DNA of 39,138 nucleotides, taken from IMG/VR virus record IMGVR_UViG_2541047828_000002, positions 1 to 39,138 of that record; one strand, given 5' to 3'. The notes under the pieces are model-generated. The model was given only the letters and a program-made list of their open reading frames with translations, searched no databases and had not been told where the DNA came from. Positions 27,729 to 38,364 of the stretch are shown here, piece after piece. The position numbers and the translations under genes were made by a program. The stretch comes from a virus (lineage: Duplodnaviria > Heunggongvirae > Uroviricota > Caudoviricetes). Position 1 is the first letter of the stretch; each line of letters begins with the position of its first letter.

Positions 27729-29553
27729 ATTTGAGCTTAAGGCGTTGATCACCGGTGTCGACAGGCTTTCTCCCGCGCTGTCGAAAATGCAAAAGAAAAT
27801 CCGGGGATTTAAACGCCAGGCGGAAGAAGCGTCACAGGGTGGGCTGGCGCTTGGTGGCGGACTGGCAGCGGGTCTGACGCTTTCCCTGAAATCTTATGCC
27901 GATCAGGAAAACGCCGCCACCGGGCTGAAAGTCGCCATGATGGATGCGAACGGCGAGGTTGGAAAGAGCTTTCAGGACATCAATAAACTGGCTATTGGCC
28001 TGGGTAACCAGCTACCCGGTACAACGGCTGATTTCCAGAACATGATGCAGATGCTGGTGCGTCAGGGGATCCCGGCAGAAAACATTCTTGGCGGTGTGGG
28101 TAAAGCGACAGCTTATCTTGCGGTACAACTGAAAAAAACACCGGAAGCGGCTGCCGAGTTTGCCGCAAAGATGCAGGATGCTACCGGAACGGCGTCAGAA
28201 GACATGATGGGGCTGTTCGACACTATCCAGAAGGCGTTTTATCTGGGCGTTGACGATACCAACATGTTGTCCTTCTTCACTAAAACCAGCTCTGTTCTGA
28301 AGATGGTGAACAAGGACGGTCTTCAGGCTGCACAGAGCCTTGCCCCCATCAGCGTCATGATGGATCAGATGGGGATGAACGGGGAGTCGGCAGGTAACGC
28401 CCTGCGAAAAGTTATCCAGTCCGGATTAAGCGTTAAGAAAATCAGGGACGTCAATAAAATCATGGCCCGCCAGAAACTCGGGGTACAGCTCGATTTTACT
28501 GACGGCAAAGGGAGTTTTGGCGGTCTTGATAACATGTTCAGGCAACTGGCAAAGCTGCGACAACTGACCGACGTTAAACGAACTGGTGTACTTAAGGCAA
28601 TATTTGGTGATGATGCCGAAACCCTTCAGGTGGTCAATGCACTAATCGATAAAGGAAAGGATGGCTACGATCAGATCCAGCAGAAGATGAATAAACAGGC
28701 CAGCCTGAATAAACGTGTTCAGGCACAGCTTGGTACGCTGTCCAACCTGTGGGAGGCAATGACAGGGACCGCAACTAACGGCCTTGCGGCTATTGGCGGT
28801 GCATTTTCTGGTGACGCTAAAAATATCACGCAATGGCTGGGGGAGTTGGGGGAGAAATTCACGAAGTTTGCGGATGAAAATCCCCGGGTTATTCGCGGCG
28901 TCGTCGGGCTTGCTGCCGGTCTTGCGATTCTGAAACTGGGATTGATGGGCGTTGGCGGTGCCATCAGTATTGTCAGCAGGATCATGTCGATGACGCCGAT
29001 TGGCATGATTGCGACGGCGATAGCCCTGGCTGCGGGATTAATTATCACTAACTGGGATGTTGTCGGACCTTATTTTAAGAAACTCTGGGAAACCATTGGT
29101 CCTTATTTTGAGGCTGGCTGGGAACTCCTTAAGAAAGTTTTTGCCTGGTCGCCGCTGGGGATGGTGATCAATAACTGGGGGCCGGTTGTTAAGTGGTTTC
29201 AGGATATGTGGGACAAGCTGAAGCCAATTATTGAGTGGTTTACCGACAGTTCCGGTGACACGGTCGATGCCATTAACTCTGCGCAGTGGGGCGCGGGTGC
29301 TTATGATGCTTATGGGACGGGAATACCGGCGCGGGGATACACACCTTATCCGGCGGTGGATCTGGCTCAGTCAAACAACGCCTCCGATGCCACAGCCCCG
29401 AATCCCTTCATGATTAACAAAGCTTCTGCGCCAAAAGTTGATGGTGAGATCAAGGTCTCTTTTGTGAATTCGCCTCCGGGTATGCGGGTTATGGAAACAC
29501 GTTCTAGTGACATTGATATTAATCACGATGTTGGGTACACCAGATTTAGGTAA
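27721..29553 (+). CDS. tail tape measure protein
   Basis: 610-aa product with an Ala/Gly-rich helical N-terminal half and hydrophobic glycine-zipper segments (VVGLAAGLAILKLGLMGVGGAISIV). Downstream of the chaperone frameshift. Confidence 0.88.
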   Translation: MAEFELKALITGVDRLSPALSKMQKKIRGFKRQAEEASQGGLALGGGLAAGLTLSLKSYADQENAATGLKVAMMDANGEVGKSFQDINKLAIGLGNQLPGTTADFQNMMQMLVRQGIPAENILGGVGKATAYLAVQLKKTPEAAAEFAAKMQDATGTASEDMMGLFDTIQKAFYLGVDDTNMLSFFTKTSSVLKMVNKDGLQAAQSLAPISVMMDQMGMNGESAGNALRKVIQSGLSVKKIRDVNKIMARQKLGVQLDFTDGKGSFGGLDNMFRQLAKLRQLTDVKRTGVLKAIFGDDAETLQVVNALIDKGKDGYDQIQQKMNKQASLNKRVQAQLGTLSNLWEAMTGTATNGLAAIGGAFSGDAKNITQWLGELGEKFTKFADENPRVIRGVVGLAAGLAILKLGLMGVGGAISIVSRIMSMTPIGMIATAIALAAGLIITNWDVVGPYFKKLWETIGPYFEAGWELLKKVFAWSPLGMVINNWGPVVKWFQDMWDKLKPIIEWFTDSSGDTVDAINSAQWGAGAYDAYGTGIPARGYTPYPAVDLAQSNNASDATAPNPFMINKASAPKVDGEIKVSFVNSPPGMRVMETRSSDIDINHDVGYTRFR

Positions 29554-29560
29554 AGACGAA

Positions 29561-29582
29561 CAGGGAGGGCCGCCCCTCCCTG
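29561..29582. terminator. bidirectional hairpin between tape measure and a convergent accessory gene
   Basis: CAGGGAGGG-CCGC-CCCTCCCTG, a perfect 9-bp stem between the convergent stops at 29553 and 29586. Confidence 0.6.
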
Positions 29583-29585
29583 AAC

Positions 29586-30032
29586 TTACTGTGCGAACAC
29601 GCAATTTCGGCCTGATGGGGAGCCGACAATTCTGGACATTTTTTCGCAAATAACAGTTACCTGTTCTCCTTTTTTAAGAGCAGCAGCTGTTGATTTTTCA
29701 GAGTCTTGCATCTCCATTCTTGCTGGCATGAATTCATTTTCAGTTCTGAATTTAATAATTATAGAGTCAGTAAAGTCCTTATCAATGGATTGTACGATAC
29801 CTCTAACGGCGATTAATTTACCTTTTAACTGTTCATCGGTAGCGACTTCATTTTCTTCATACTCTTTAAACAGCTGTCGAGCAGTAGTGTTGTAGATTTC
29901 TTTTTGCGGTGCCGCAGCTTCCGTATCGGATGAGTATGAAGAATTAGAGCCTTTATCGTTATTGCCTGCAAAATATCCAATAATCACCAACCCGATGAAA
30001 ATATATAAAATCCATTTTAATAATTTCTTCAT
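29586..30032 (-). CDS. exported/membrane-anchored OB-fold protein (tRNA_anti-like family)
   Basis: AT-rich 148-aa ORF on the opposite strand. N-terminal hydrophobic anchor MKKLLKWILYIFIGLVIIGYFAG. Then ARQLFKEYEENEVATDEQLKGKLIAVRGIVQSIDKD...KKGEQVTVICEKM, which matches the remembered signature of the tRNA_anti-like OB-fold family. Confidence 0.6.
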   Translation of the reverse strand: MKKLLKWILYIFIGLVIIGYFAGNNDKGSNSSYSSDTEAAAPQKEIYNTTARQLFKEYEENEVATDEQLKGKLIAVRGIVQSIDKDFTDSIIIKFRTENEFMPARMEMQDSEKSTAAALKKGEQVTVICEKMSRIVGSPSGRNCVFAQ

Positions 30033-30142
30033 GTTATCACCTTAATGCTAATAATTTATATAGTTACAAATGGTAATGGCTACCACTACAAATTATGGCA
30101 TTACCAGTAAATATTACTACTGATAATAAATATGGGACTTAT

Positions 30143-31471
30143 ATGACGTGGAAAGACAGACTTCAGGATGCGTCATTTCGCGGCGTGCCGTTTAAGGTTG
30201 AAGAAGAAAGTGCGGGAACCGGTCGTCGTGTGGAAACACATGAATACCCGAACCGCGACAAACCCTATACCGAAGACCTGGGGAAAATCACTTTCCGCCC
30301 GTCCATCACGGCTTATGTGGTGGGAGATGACTGCTTTGACCAGCGTGATCTCCTGATTGAAGCGCTGAATAAACCAGGTCCCGGCACGCTTGTCCACCCG
30401 ACATACGGTGAGGTGAAAGTCTGTGTTGACGGGGAAGTCCGGGTCAGCACATCGAAGAGTGAAGGGCGTATTGTCCGCTTTGACCTGAAGTTTGTCGAAG
30501 CGGGAGAACTCTCTTACCCCACATCAGGCGTGGCGACGGCGCAGACGCTGATGTCATCCTGTTCTGCACTGGATGACTGCATCAGTGACAGCTTCAGCGG
30601 TTTCAGTATCGATGGCGTGGCGGATTTTGTGCAGAACGACGTTATCGGTAATGCCAGCACAATGCTTGGGTATGTTTCTGATGCGATGAAAGTGGTGGAT
30701 TCTGCTGTATCGGATGCCGCCAGGCTGTTGCAGGGGGATATCTCGGTACTTCTGCCGCCGCCATCGTCAGGAAAAAATTTCGTTGAGCAGGTGCAGAAAA
30801 TGTGGCGTACCGGTAAACGCCTTTATGGTAACGCCAGCGACCTGGTCACCATGATCAAAATGCTTTCTGGTGTCAGCCTCGGCAGCGATTTGCAACCGCG
30901 CGGCGTCTGGAAAACGGACAGTAAAACCACCGCCACAGCGACGCAGCAGCGTAACGTGGTTGCCAGCACTCTTCGTACGACTGCAATCAGCGAAGCAGCG
31001 TATGCCGTCACACGATTGCCTGCGCCAACAACTCCCGCGGTGATGCAGAATGCCGCAGTGGGGCAGTCAACAACACCCGCGCAGAGCACCGGCTGGCCTT
31101 CCGTCACGCATCCGGCACTGAACAATGCACCTGCGGTGAAAAACACGGTTGACCTGCCAACGTGGGAAGAACTGACCGACATTCGCGACACACTGAATAC
31201 GGCAATTGATAAGGAGTTGTCCCGTACAACCAGTGATGCGCTGTTTCTGGCGCTGCGCCGGGTGAAAGCAGATCTGAATGCGGATATCAACACGCGCCTT
31301 GAACAGTCTGCGCGGATCATTCAGCGCACGCCGGATGAGGTTTTACCCGCGCTGGTGCTGGCGGCGACCTGGTTTGATAACGCGGCGCGTGACGTGGACC
31401 TTATCCGGCGTAATGCTATTACGCATCCCGGCTTTGTGCCGGTGATCCCTCTGAAGGTGCCAGTGCAATGA
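30143..31471 (+). CDS. DNA circularization protein (Mu N / gp43-like)
   Basis: MTWKDRLQDASFRGVPFKVEEESAGTGRRVETHEYPNRD is the characteristic N-terminal domain. Internal Met chosen; the ORF track start at 30095 lies in the AT-rich promoter region of the neighbouring gene. Confidence 0.75.
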   Translation: MTWKDRLQDASFRGVPFKVEEESAGTGRRVETHEYPNRDKPYTEDLGKITFRPSITAYVVGDDCFDQRDLLIEALNKPGPGTLVHPTYGEVKVCVDGEVRVSTSKSEGRIVRFDLKFVEAGELSYPTSGVATAQTLMSSCSALDDCISDSFSGFSIDGVADFVQNDVIGNASTMLGYVSDAMKVVDSAVSDAARLLQGDISVLLPPPSSGKNFVEQVQKMWRTGKRLYGNASDLVTMIKMLSGVSLGSDLQPRGVWKTDSKTTATATQQRNVVASTLRTTAISEAAYAVTRLPAPTTPAVMQNAAVGQSTTPAQSTGWPSVTHPALNNAPAVKNTVDLPTWEELTDIRDTLNTAIDKELSRTTSDALFLALRRVKADLNADINTRLEQSARIIQRTPDEVLPALVLAATWFDNAARDVDLIRRNAITHPGFVPVIPLKVPVQ

Positions 31472-32547
31472 ACGACAATGTCACGCTACGGGTAAATGGC
31501 CGGGAGTGGAATGGCTGGACATCGGTGCGCATCGGTGCCGGTATTGAACGGCTGGCACGGGATTTCAGTATGGAGATCACCCGCCAGTGGCCGGGAGATG
31601 AGGGTATCACCACGCTTCAGCCGCGTATTAAAAACGGTTCAAAAGTGGAAGTTCTGATTGGTGATGAGCTGGTGATCACCGGCTGGGTGGAGGCGACGCC
31701 CGTTCGTTACGATGCCCGTTCGGTCAGCACCGGTATTGCCGGACGCAGTCTGACCGCTGACCTGATTGACTGTGCAGCCGAACCGACACAGTTTAACGGA
31801 CGATCGCTGGTACAGATTGCGCAGGCGCTTGCTGCGCCTTTCGGCATTGAGGTGGTGAACAACGGTGCGCCGTCGGGTGTTATTCCGGATGTCCAGCCTG
31901 ATCACGGCGAAACGGTGATCGAGGTGATCAACAAAATACTCGGTCAGCAGCAGGCACTGGCTTACGACGACCCGCACGGCAGGCTGGTGATTGGCGGTAT
32001 TGGCTCAACGCGGGCACATACCGCGCTGGTACTTGGGGAAAACATCCTTTCCTGTGATACGGAGAAGAGTATCCGGGAGCGGTTTTCAGTTTACCAGGTG
32101 GCGGGGCAGCGTGCCGGAAATGACGATGATTTCGGTGAGGCCACCACCACCGCGCTGCGGGCCCGCACAGAAGACGCATTTATTGCCCGTTACCGTCCGA
32201 TGTATATCAGGCAGACAGGGCAGGCTACGGGGGCAGGCTGTATTGCCCGTGCGGACTTTGAAGCCCGGCAACGGGCGGCGCGGACGGATGAAACCACCTA
32301 TGTGGTGCAGGGCTGGCGACAGGGTAACGGTACGCTGTGGCAGCCCAACCAGCGGGTGATTGTCTTCGATCCGGTCTGTGGTTTCGACAATACCGAACTG
32401 CTTGTCTCGGAAGTCACGTTTACTCAGGACCAGAACGGCACCCTGACGGAAATCCGTGTCGGCCCACCTGATGCTTATCTGCCTGAACCCGAAGCCCCCG
32501 GCGCGCGGAAAAAGAAAAAAGCCAGAGTACAGGAGGACCCGTTCTGA
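31468..32547 (+). CDS. baseplate hub protein (Mu P / gp44-like)
   Basis: 359-aa product; position after the N-like gene in a Mu-type tail module. Confidence 0.72.
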   Translation: MNDNVTLRVNGREWNGWTSVRIGAGIERLARDFSMEITRQWPGDEGITTLQPRIKNGSKVEVLIGDELVITGWVEATPVRYDARSVSTGIAGRSLTADLIDCAAEPTQFNGRSLVQIAQALAAPFGIEVVNNGAPSGVIPDVQPDHGETVIEVINKILGQQQALAYDDPHGRLVIGGIGSTRAHTALVLGENILSCDTEKSIRERFSVYQVAGQRAGNDDDFGEATTTALRARTEDAFIARYRPMYIRQTGQATGAGCIARADFEARQRAARTDETTYVVQGWRQGNGTLWQPNQRVIVFDPVCGFDNTELLVSEVTFTQDQNGTLTEIRVGPPDAYLPEPEAPGARKKKKARVQEDPF

Positions 32548-33095
32548 TGAGGACGATTGAAGCCATGCAGCGACAACTCCTCGGCCTGATTGGGCGGGCC
32601 GTGGTGAAAAGCATCAGTGCCGCCACGAAATGTCAGACCGTGGATGTGTCCCTGATTGCCGGTGAACCCAAAGCCGGGGTTGAACATCTTGAACCCTACG
32701 GTTTTACCGCAAGGGCAAACAGCGGTGCGGAAGCGGTGGTGTTGTTTCCGGATGGCGATCGTTCTCATGCGGTGGTTGTTACGGTGTCGGACCGGCGCTA
32801 CCGCCTGAAAGGGCTGCAGACGGGTGAGGTGGCTGTCTATGACGATCAGGGGCAGTCCGTGACGCTGACCCGGGAGGGGATCGTGGTGGACGGTGCAGGT
32901 AAAACGATCACGTTTCGCAATGCACCTGAAGCACGTTTTGAAATGGACCTTGAAGTGACCGGACAGGTGAAAGACCTGTGCGACTCCGGCGGCACCACCA
33001 TGTCAGCGATGCGGCTTGCCTATAACGGGCATCGTCACAGAGAGAACGGTCAGGGCAGTAACACCGACAAACCTGATAAAGCGATGGAGGCATGA
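32547..33095 (+). CDS. baseplate spike/assembly protein V-like (Mu gp45-like)
   Basis: 182-aa product; position and size; overlapping start. Confidence 0.68.
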   Translation: MRTIEAMQRQLLGLIGRAVVKSISAATKCQTVDVSLIAGEPKAGVEHLEPYGFTARANSGAEAVVLFPDGDRSHAVVVTVSDRRYRLKGLQTGEVAVYDDQGQSVTLTREGIVVDGAGKTITFRNAPEARFEMDLEVTGQVKDLCDSGGTTMSAMRLAYNGHRHRENGQGSNTDKPDKAMEA

Positions 33096-33520
33096 TGGAA
33101 CTGTGGCTGACGGTGAACGGTAAACGCACCTGCGCCAGCGCACCGCTGGATCCGCTGACCCGCGCCGTGGTGATTTCCCTGTTTACCTGGCGGCGGGCGG
33201 AGCCTGATGACAATGCCGACGTCCCGATGGGATGGTGGGGGGATACCTGGCCTACGGTACAGAATGACCGTTACGGCTCCCGACTGTGGCTGCTTCAGCG
33301 CAGCAAACTGACCAATCAACTGGTGCAGACGGTAAGGGGGTATATCCGCGAATGCCTGCAATGGATGATTGATGACGGCGTGGTGTCCCGCATTGATCTG
33401 GATATCCGCCGCACCGGGATTAATGAACTGGGTAACAGTATCACTCTCTGGCGTCGTGACGGACCGGTAATGATTTCTTTTGATGATCTGTGGAGTGCGA
33501 TAACGCATGGCGGACAGTGA
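33092..33520 (+). CDS. baseplate protein (Mu gp46-like)
   Basis: 142-aa product; position and size. Confidence 0.65.
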   Translation: MMELWLTVNGKRTCASAPLDPLTRAVVISLFTWRRAEPDDNADVPMGWWGDTWPTVQNDRYGSRLWLLQRSKLTNQLVQTVRGYIRECLQWMIDDGVVSRIDLDIRRTGINELGNSITLWRRDGPVMISFDDLWSAITHGGQ

Positions 33521-34565
33521 ATTTCAGCGCCCGACGCTGGCAGAAAATATCAGTATGCTCCGTAACGATTTATTCGCCAGGCTGGACGTCAGCGACACGC
33601 TCCGGCGCATGGATGAAGACGTGCGGGCAAAGGTGTATGCGGCGGCGCTGCATACGGTTTACGGGTACATCGATTATCTGGCAATGAACATGCTGCCTGA
33701 CCTGTGCGATGAGTTCTGGCTGGCGCGACATGCTGCGATGAAACGGTGTCCGCGCAAGGGAGCCACGGTTGCCAGCGGGTATATGCGCTGGGAAGGTGTC
33801 AGCGATGGCCTGAAGGTGACTGCCGGGAGTGTTATTCAGCGCGATGACCTGGTGCAGTACACGACAACTGACGATGCAATCAGCTCCGGTGGTGTCCTGC
33901 GCGTGCCGATCGCCTGCTCAAGTGCAGGTGCGGTCGGTAACGCTGACGACGGTACGGCATTAATCCTGGTCACGCCGGTGAATGGTCTGCCGTCTTCCGG
34001 TGTGGCTGACACCCTGACAGGCGGATTTGATACTGAAGAGCTGGAAACTTGGCGCGCCCGCGTCATTGAGCGGTATTACTGGACGCCGCAGGGCGGGGCT
34101 GACGGGGACTATGTCGTCTGGGCTAAAGAAGTGCCTGGCATTACCCGCGCATGGACATACCGACACTGGATGGGAACGGGGACTGTCGGTGTGATGATTG
34201 CCAGCAGTGACCTGATTAATCCCATTCCGGAAGAATCAACGGAAACGGCGGCAAGACAACATATCGGGCCACTGGCCCCGGTGGCAGGCTCTGATTTGTA
34301 TGTGTTCAGGCCGGTGGCACATACGGTGGATTTTCATATCCGTGTGACGCCGGACACACCGGAAATACGGGCTGCCATCACCGCGGAGTTGCGTTCGTTC
34401 CTGCTGCGTGATGGTTATCCGCAGGGAGAACTGAAGGTGTCACGTATTAGTGAAGCGATTTCCGGTGCGAACGGGGAATACAGCCATCAGTTGCTTGCAC
34501 CGGCGGACAATATCACCATTGCGAAAAATGAACTGGCGGTTCTGGGGGCGATTTCATGGACGTGA
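33507..34565 (+). CDS. baseplate J-like protein (Mu gp47-like)
   Basis: 352-aa product; position and size. Confidence 0.78.
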   Translation: MADSEFQRPTLAENISMLRNDLFARLDVSDTLRRMDEDVRAKVYAAALHTVYGYIDYLAMNMLPDLCDEFWLARHAAMKRCPRKGATVASGYMRWEGVSDGLKVTAGSVIQRDDLVQYTTTDDAISSGGVLRVPIACSSAGAVGNADDGTALILVTPVNGLPSSGVADTLTGGFDTEELETWRARVIERYYWTPQGGADGDYVVWAKEVPGITRAWTYRHWMGTGTVGVMIASSDLINPIPEESTETAARQHIGPLAPVAGSDLYVFRPVAHTVDFHIRVTPDTPEIRAAITAELRSFLLRDGYPQGELKVSRISEAISGANGEYSHQLLAPADNITIAKNELAVLGAISWT

Positions 34566-35140
34566 CAAACGATGATTACATCCGTCTGTTGTCAGCACTG
34601 TTGCCGCCCGGTCCGGCGTGGTCAGCCAGCGATCCGGCGATTGCCGGTGCGGCACCGTCATTAACCCGCGTTCATCAGCGTGCGGATGCCCTGATGCGGG
34701 AGCTGGATCCGCGCACCACCACCGAACTGATAAATCGCTGGGAGCGTCTGTGCGGCCTGCCGGATGAATGTATTCCCGCAGGGACACAGACCCTTCGCCA
34801 GCGTCAGCAACGACTGGATGCGAAGGTTAACCTGGCGGGCGGCATCAATGAGGATTTTTACCTTGCACAGCTTGCTGCCCTGGGCAGACCAGACGCTACC
34901 ATCACGCGATACGACAAAAGCACGTTCACCTGCTCATCTGCCTGTACTGACGCGGTGAATGCGCCGGAATGGCGGTATTACTGGCGGGTCAACATGCCAG
35001 CCGCCACCAACACCACCTGGATGACATGTGGCGATCCCTGTGATTCCGCACTGCGTATCTGGGGGGACACCGTTGTCGAGTGCGTGCTTAACAAACTCTG
35101 CCCGTCGCATACCTACGTAATTTTTAAATATCCGGAGTAA
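34556..35140 (+). CDS. tail protein (Mu gp48-like, DUF2313-type)
   Basis: 194-aa product between the baseplate J and tail fibre genes. Confidence 0.6.
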   Translation: MDVTNDDYIRLLSALLPPGPAWSASDPAIAGAAPSLTRVHQRADALMRELDPRTTTELINRWERLCGLPDECIPAGTQTLRQRQQRLDAKVNLAGGINEDFYLAQLAALGRPDATITRYDKSTFTCSSACTDAVNAPEWRYYWRVNMPAATNTTWMTCGDPCDSALRIWGDTVVECVLNKLCPSHTYVIFKYPE

Positions 35141-35143
35141 TTC

Positions 35144-36070
35144 ATGCATCGTATAGACACGAAAACCGCGCAGAAGGATAAGTTCGGCGCGGGTAAGAAC
35201 GGTTTTACCCGTGGTAACCCCCAGACCGGCACACCTGCCACCGATCTGGATGATGACTACTTTGACATGTTGCAGGAGGAACTTTGCAGTGTTGTGGAGG
35301 CATCCGGTGCCAGTCTGGAGAAGGGGCGGCACGATCAGTTGCTTACCGCACTTCGCGCGCTGCTGTTAAGCCGCAAGAATCCGTTTGGCGATATCAAATC
35401 GGACGGCACGGTGAAAACGGCTCTCGAAAACCTTGGTTTGGGAGATACAAGCGGATACGTGGGACGCTGGGTGAATACCCGGGTTTTCACGTCATCAGGT
35501 ACGTACACCCCGACGCCAGGAACAAAACGGATCAGGGTCACAATAACGGGCGGCGGTGGCGGAGGGGGCGGCTGCAAGGCTATATCCAATAATGAAACGT
35601 TTTTCGGTGCTGGCGGTGGGGCCGGTGGAACAATAATTTCAATAATGACCCCGACACAGAATAGTTATCCAGTCACTATCGGCGCAGGTGGGGCCGGTGG
35701 TGTTAGTGCGACGTACGGCATCAATGGCGGTAATAGCTTATTCGCATCGTTAATTGCTCCTGGTGGCGCAGGCGGCGGAAAGTCAGGAGTCACAAACACA
35801 AACGGTGGTAACGGAGGTGTGCCGAGTACTGGCGGTATCAACATCATTGGTGGAAATGGAGGCGACGGTCAGTCCGGAAATATCGGCGTCAGCGGTGAAG
35901 GCGGAACATCGTACTGGGGGGGCGGTGGACGCGCAGGCGCTGGCGGTGGTGTTAGTGGTAAGGCATATGGTTCAGGTGGCGGTGGCGCATACGATGCCGG
36001 CTATAGCGGAACCAGTATGACAGGCGGGAAAGGTGCTGCTGGGATTTGTATTATCGAGGAGTTTGCATAA
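35144..36070 (+). CDS. tail fibre protein with glycine-rich repeat domain
   Basis: 308-aa product with a conserved-looking N-terminus ([10 protein letters not shown]...) and then long GGxGG runs. Followed by a tail fibre assembly gene. Confidence 0.75.
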   Translation: MHRIDTKTAQKDKFGAGKNGFTRGNPQTGTPATDLDDDYFDMLQEELCSVVEASGASLEKGRHDQLLTALRALLLSRKNPFGDIKSDGTVKTALENLGLGDTSGYVGRWVNTRVFTSSGTYTPTPGTKRIRVTITGGGGGGGGCKAISNNETFFGAGGGAGGTIISIMTPTQNSYPVTIGAGGAGGVSATYGINGGNSLFASLIAPGGAGGGKSGVTNTNGGNGGVPSTGGINIIGGNGGDGQSGNIGVSGEGGTSYWGGGGRAGAGGGVSGKAYGSGGGGAYDAGYSGTSMTGGKGAAGICIIEEFA

Positions 36071-36486
36071 TGAATGCGTCATATGCAGTTATTGAAAATG
36101 GGATGGTTGTGAATGTCATTGTCTGGGATGGCGAGGCTGAATTCACAGTGCCGGATAATCAGCAGCTCATTGATATTTCTGATATCAGTGAGCATCCCGG
36201 AATCGGCTGGGGGTATTCAGACGGGGTATTTACTGCGCCGCTCCCTCCGGAACGTTCTCATGATGAACTGGTAGCTGACGCTGAACAGAAAAAACAGTCG
36301 CTGATAGACGCAGCAATGGCCAATATCAGCGTGATTCAGTTAAAGCTGCAGGCCGGGCGCAAACTGACGCAAGAAGAAACTACCAGACTTAACGTTGTGC
36401 TGGATTATATCGAGGCTGTGACGGCAACAGATACCAGCATTGCACCGGATATTGAGTGGCCGGATGAACCGTGCTTCGCTGAATAA
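36070..36486 (+). CDS. tail fibre assembly protein (Tfa-like chaperone)
   Basis: C-terminal ...TTRLNVVLDYIEAVTATDTSIAPDIEWPDEP matches the typical Tfa C-terminal signature. ATG overlaps the fibre stop (TAATG). Confidence 0.7.
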   Translation: MNASYAVIENGMVVNVIVWDGEAEFTVPDNQQLIDISDISEHPGIGWGYSDGVFTAPLPPERSHDELVADAEQKKQSLIDAAMANISVIQLKLQAGRKLTQEETTRLNVVLDYIEAVTATDTSIAPDIEWPDEPCFAE

Positions 36487-36692
36487 AATCTGTTGAGGAG
36501 AAGCGGTTTAATTGTAACTCAATTCTTTTTGTGTAATAAAAGTAGGATAAAACTGTGACACATAAAGCCTCGCAATGGTTTGCAAGGCTTTGAACGCTTC
36601 TATATTGAGGATGTGACGCGGTTTCGTTTATTTCCATTCTATATATTGATGTCGATTTTTATGAATATAGAGCATACGGATAAACTGCAGTG

Positions 36693-36729
36693 TGATTAGA
36701 GTCAAAGTAATAGTTGTTGACTCTAATCA
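36693..36729. repeat. 13-bp perfect inverted repeat (TGATTAGAGTCAA / TTGACTCTAATCA) with 11-bp spacer
   Basis: Lies 18 nt downstream (minus sense) of the acyltransferase stop. Possible terminator or protein-binding site. Confidence 0.45.
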
Positions 36730-36746
36730 TTGCAAAGTGACTTTAC

Positions 36747-37814
36747 TTAATGAAATTTATCTCGGATGAATTGTTGCGATGGCTTTTCAATGAATATATA
36801 TGACATATAGCTAATTGCCATTAATGTAAGCATGAATAAAATGAATACCTTGGGGCTGTAAAAAAGATCGCGTCCATAGCCAATCTTGTCAGCTAAATAA
36901 ACAACAATGATTTGCAAAGGAAAATGTAAAAGATAAGATGAATAACTGATATCACCCAACCATTCAATTTTCTTCCCAAAATCGTTTCGTATTGCGCTAA
37001 TTGATACAAGGAAAAAGATTATGGAGGTAAATCCGAATAAGATAATTGAGAATATATCTGCTACTTGCAGGGTAAAGATAACTCCCCATGAGATCAATAG
37101 AAAAACACAAGCAAAAATAAAAAATAATTTTGCGCTAATATTTTTTATGACCGCAATCGTAATTTTATAGGTCAGACCACCAATAAAGAAAGAGAATGCG
37201 CCGATCATTATGGGATTGTTAATTTTGAAAAAGTAGTACGACAATGCAACTATTAAAATTGATATGAATGTTGTTTTTGATGTGAACTTGCATAATATAA
37301 AAAATATCATGTACATAAGTACTTCAATCGACACGGACCATGTCGGGGCGTTGAAGGACCAACCTCGCTCAAATCCCCATGATTGAATCATCAATAAATT
37401 CAGAATGGCATGGTAAATGTCATTCATAGGATAAACAAAAAAATAATTATGACTTTTAAAGAAAATAATTTGTAATATTGCCACGACAGCAAATGTAAAT
37501 ATATAAAGTGGATATAATCTACTGACACGGTTAACTATAAAAGTTTTTGCTGAGGTTTTATTGCTGTGTATATTGTCAGCGTATAGATAAAAAAATATGA
37601 ATCCAGAAATCATAAAAAACAATTCGACAGCATATAAACCGTAATGATAAAAAACGGAAAAAAATTCATAAAAAGGTTGGCGGTTTATGATTATGTCAGA
37701 TGCAGCATTCTTTTTCATAAAAAAATGTTGCCAATGCCATAACACAACGGAAAGTGCGGCAAATCCTCTCAGAACATCCAGGGTATATATTCTCTTCCCA
37801 AAAAAATTCGTCAC
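36747..37814 (-). CDS. acyltransferase family 3 integral membrane protein (O-antigen acetyltransferase-like)
   Basis: 355-aa, very AT-rich ORF with about 10 hydrophobic segments. N-terminus LDVLRGFAALSVVLWHW is the characteristic acyltransferase_3 start. GTG start with RBS AAGAGG. Confidence 0.8.
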   Translation of the reverse strand: MTNFFGKRIYTLDVLRGFAALSVVLWHWQHFFMKKNAASDIIINRQPFYEFFSVFYHYGLYAVELFFMISGFIFFYLYADNIHSNKTSAKTFIVNRVSRLYPLYIFTFAVVAILQIIFFKSHNYFFVYPMNDIYHAILNLLMIQSWGFERGWSFNAPTWSVSIEVLMYMIFFILCKFTSKTTFISILIVALSYYFFKINNPIMIGAFSFFIGGLTYKITIAVIKNISAKLFFIFACVFLLISWGVIFTLQVADIFSIILFGFTSIIFFLVSISAIRNDFGKKIEWLGDISYSSYLLHFPLQIIVVYLADKIGYGRDLFYSPKVFILFMLTLMAISYMSYIFIEKPSQQFIRDKFH

Positions 37815-38364
37815 AACGAACCTCTTTTAATAAAGTCAAGTGATAATGAAAGATAAATATTGTAAACGAAAAAACACTGGACTGGAACATATATCTCTGC
37901 TTGTAATTTACCCAAGATAATTTTACTAACGCAGTCATAATTCGTTCATGTATACCAGATGAAAGTACATGTTCTATGAAATAGGGTTTTGCCTGGAGTT
38001 TGAAGGTTTTTAACGATTATACCTGTTTAATCGACTCCCCATGTTTTTTGACATTATCCACCGCACACGATACTGGATGCCAGGTAAACTGATTTGCTGG
38101 CATAAAGTCACTGAGAATTTTTTACCAACAATATCTTGCCACATCTTTTCCCGCACAGTTTCGGCAATAGAATCAGCGGGCAGCGGTCATCAATATTCAC
38201 CAGACATTGATCTGCCGCACTATCTGACCGGTGTCCTGCTGAGAATACTAATTTCTTTTTTTGCAAGTGCTGTCCAATCATGATTGGGGGGGGGCGGCGG
38301 AGTTGAAACCGCAGGTACGTTGTATGCAATAACGTGCTGCGGTTTAATCTTATCAATTGAATAC

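Noticed and set aside
35520-36000. Short repetitive GGTGG/GGCGG units, considered as a possible CRISPR or tandem-repeat array
   Set aside because: They are glycine codons inside an intact tail-fibre ORF with no regular repeat-spacer periodicity; no CRISPR array exists in the window.
38041-38283. 80-aa plus-strand ORF in the acyltransferase/GIY-YIG intergenic region
   Set aside because: No RBS or recognisable domain; it overlaps the minus-strand small ORF coupled to the GIY-YIG gene; left as uncertain, not annotated.
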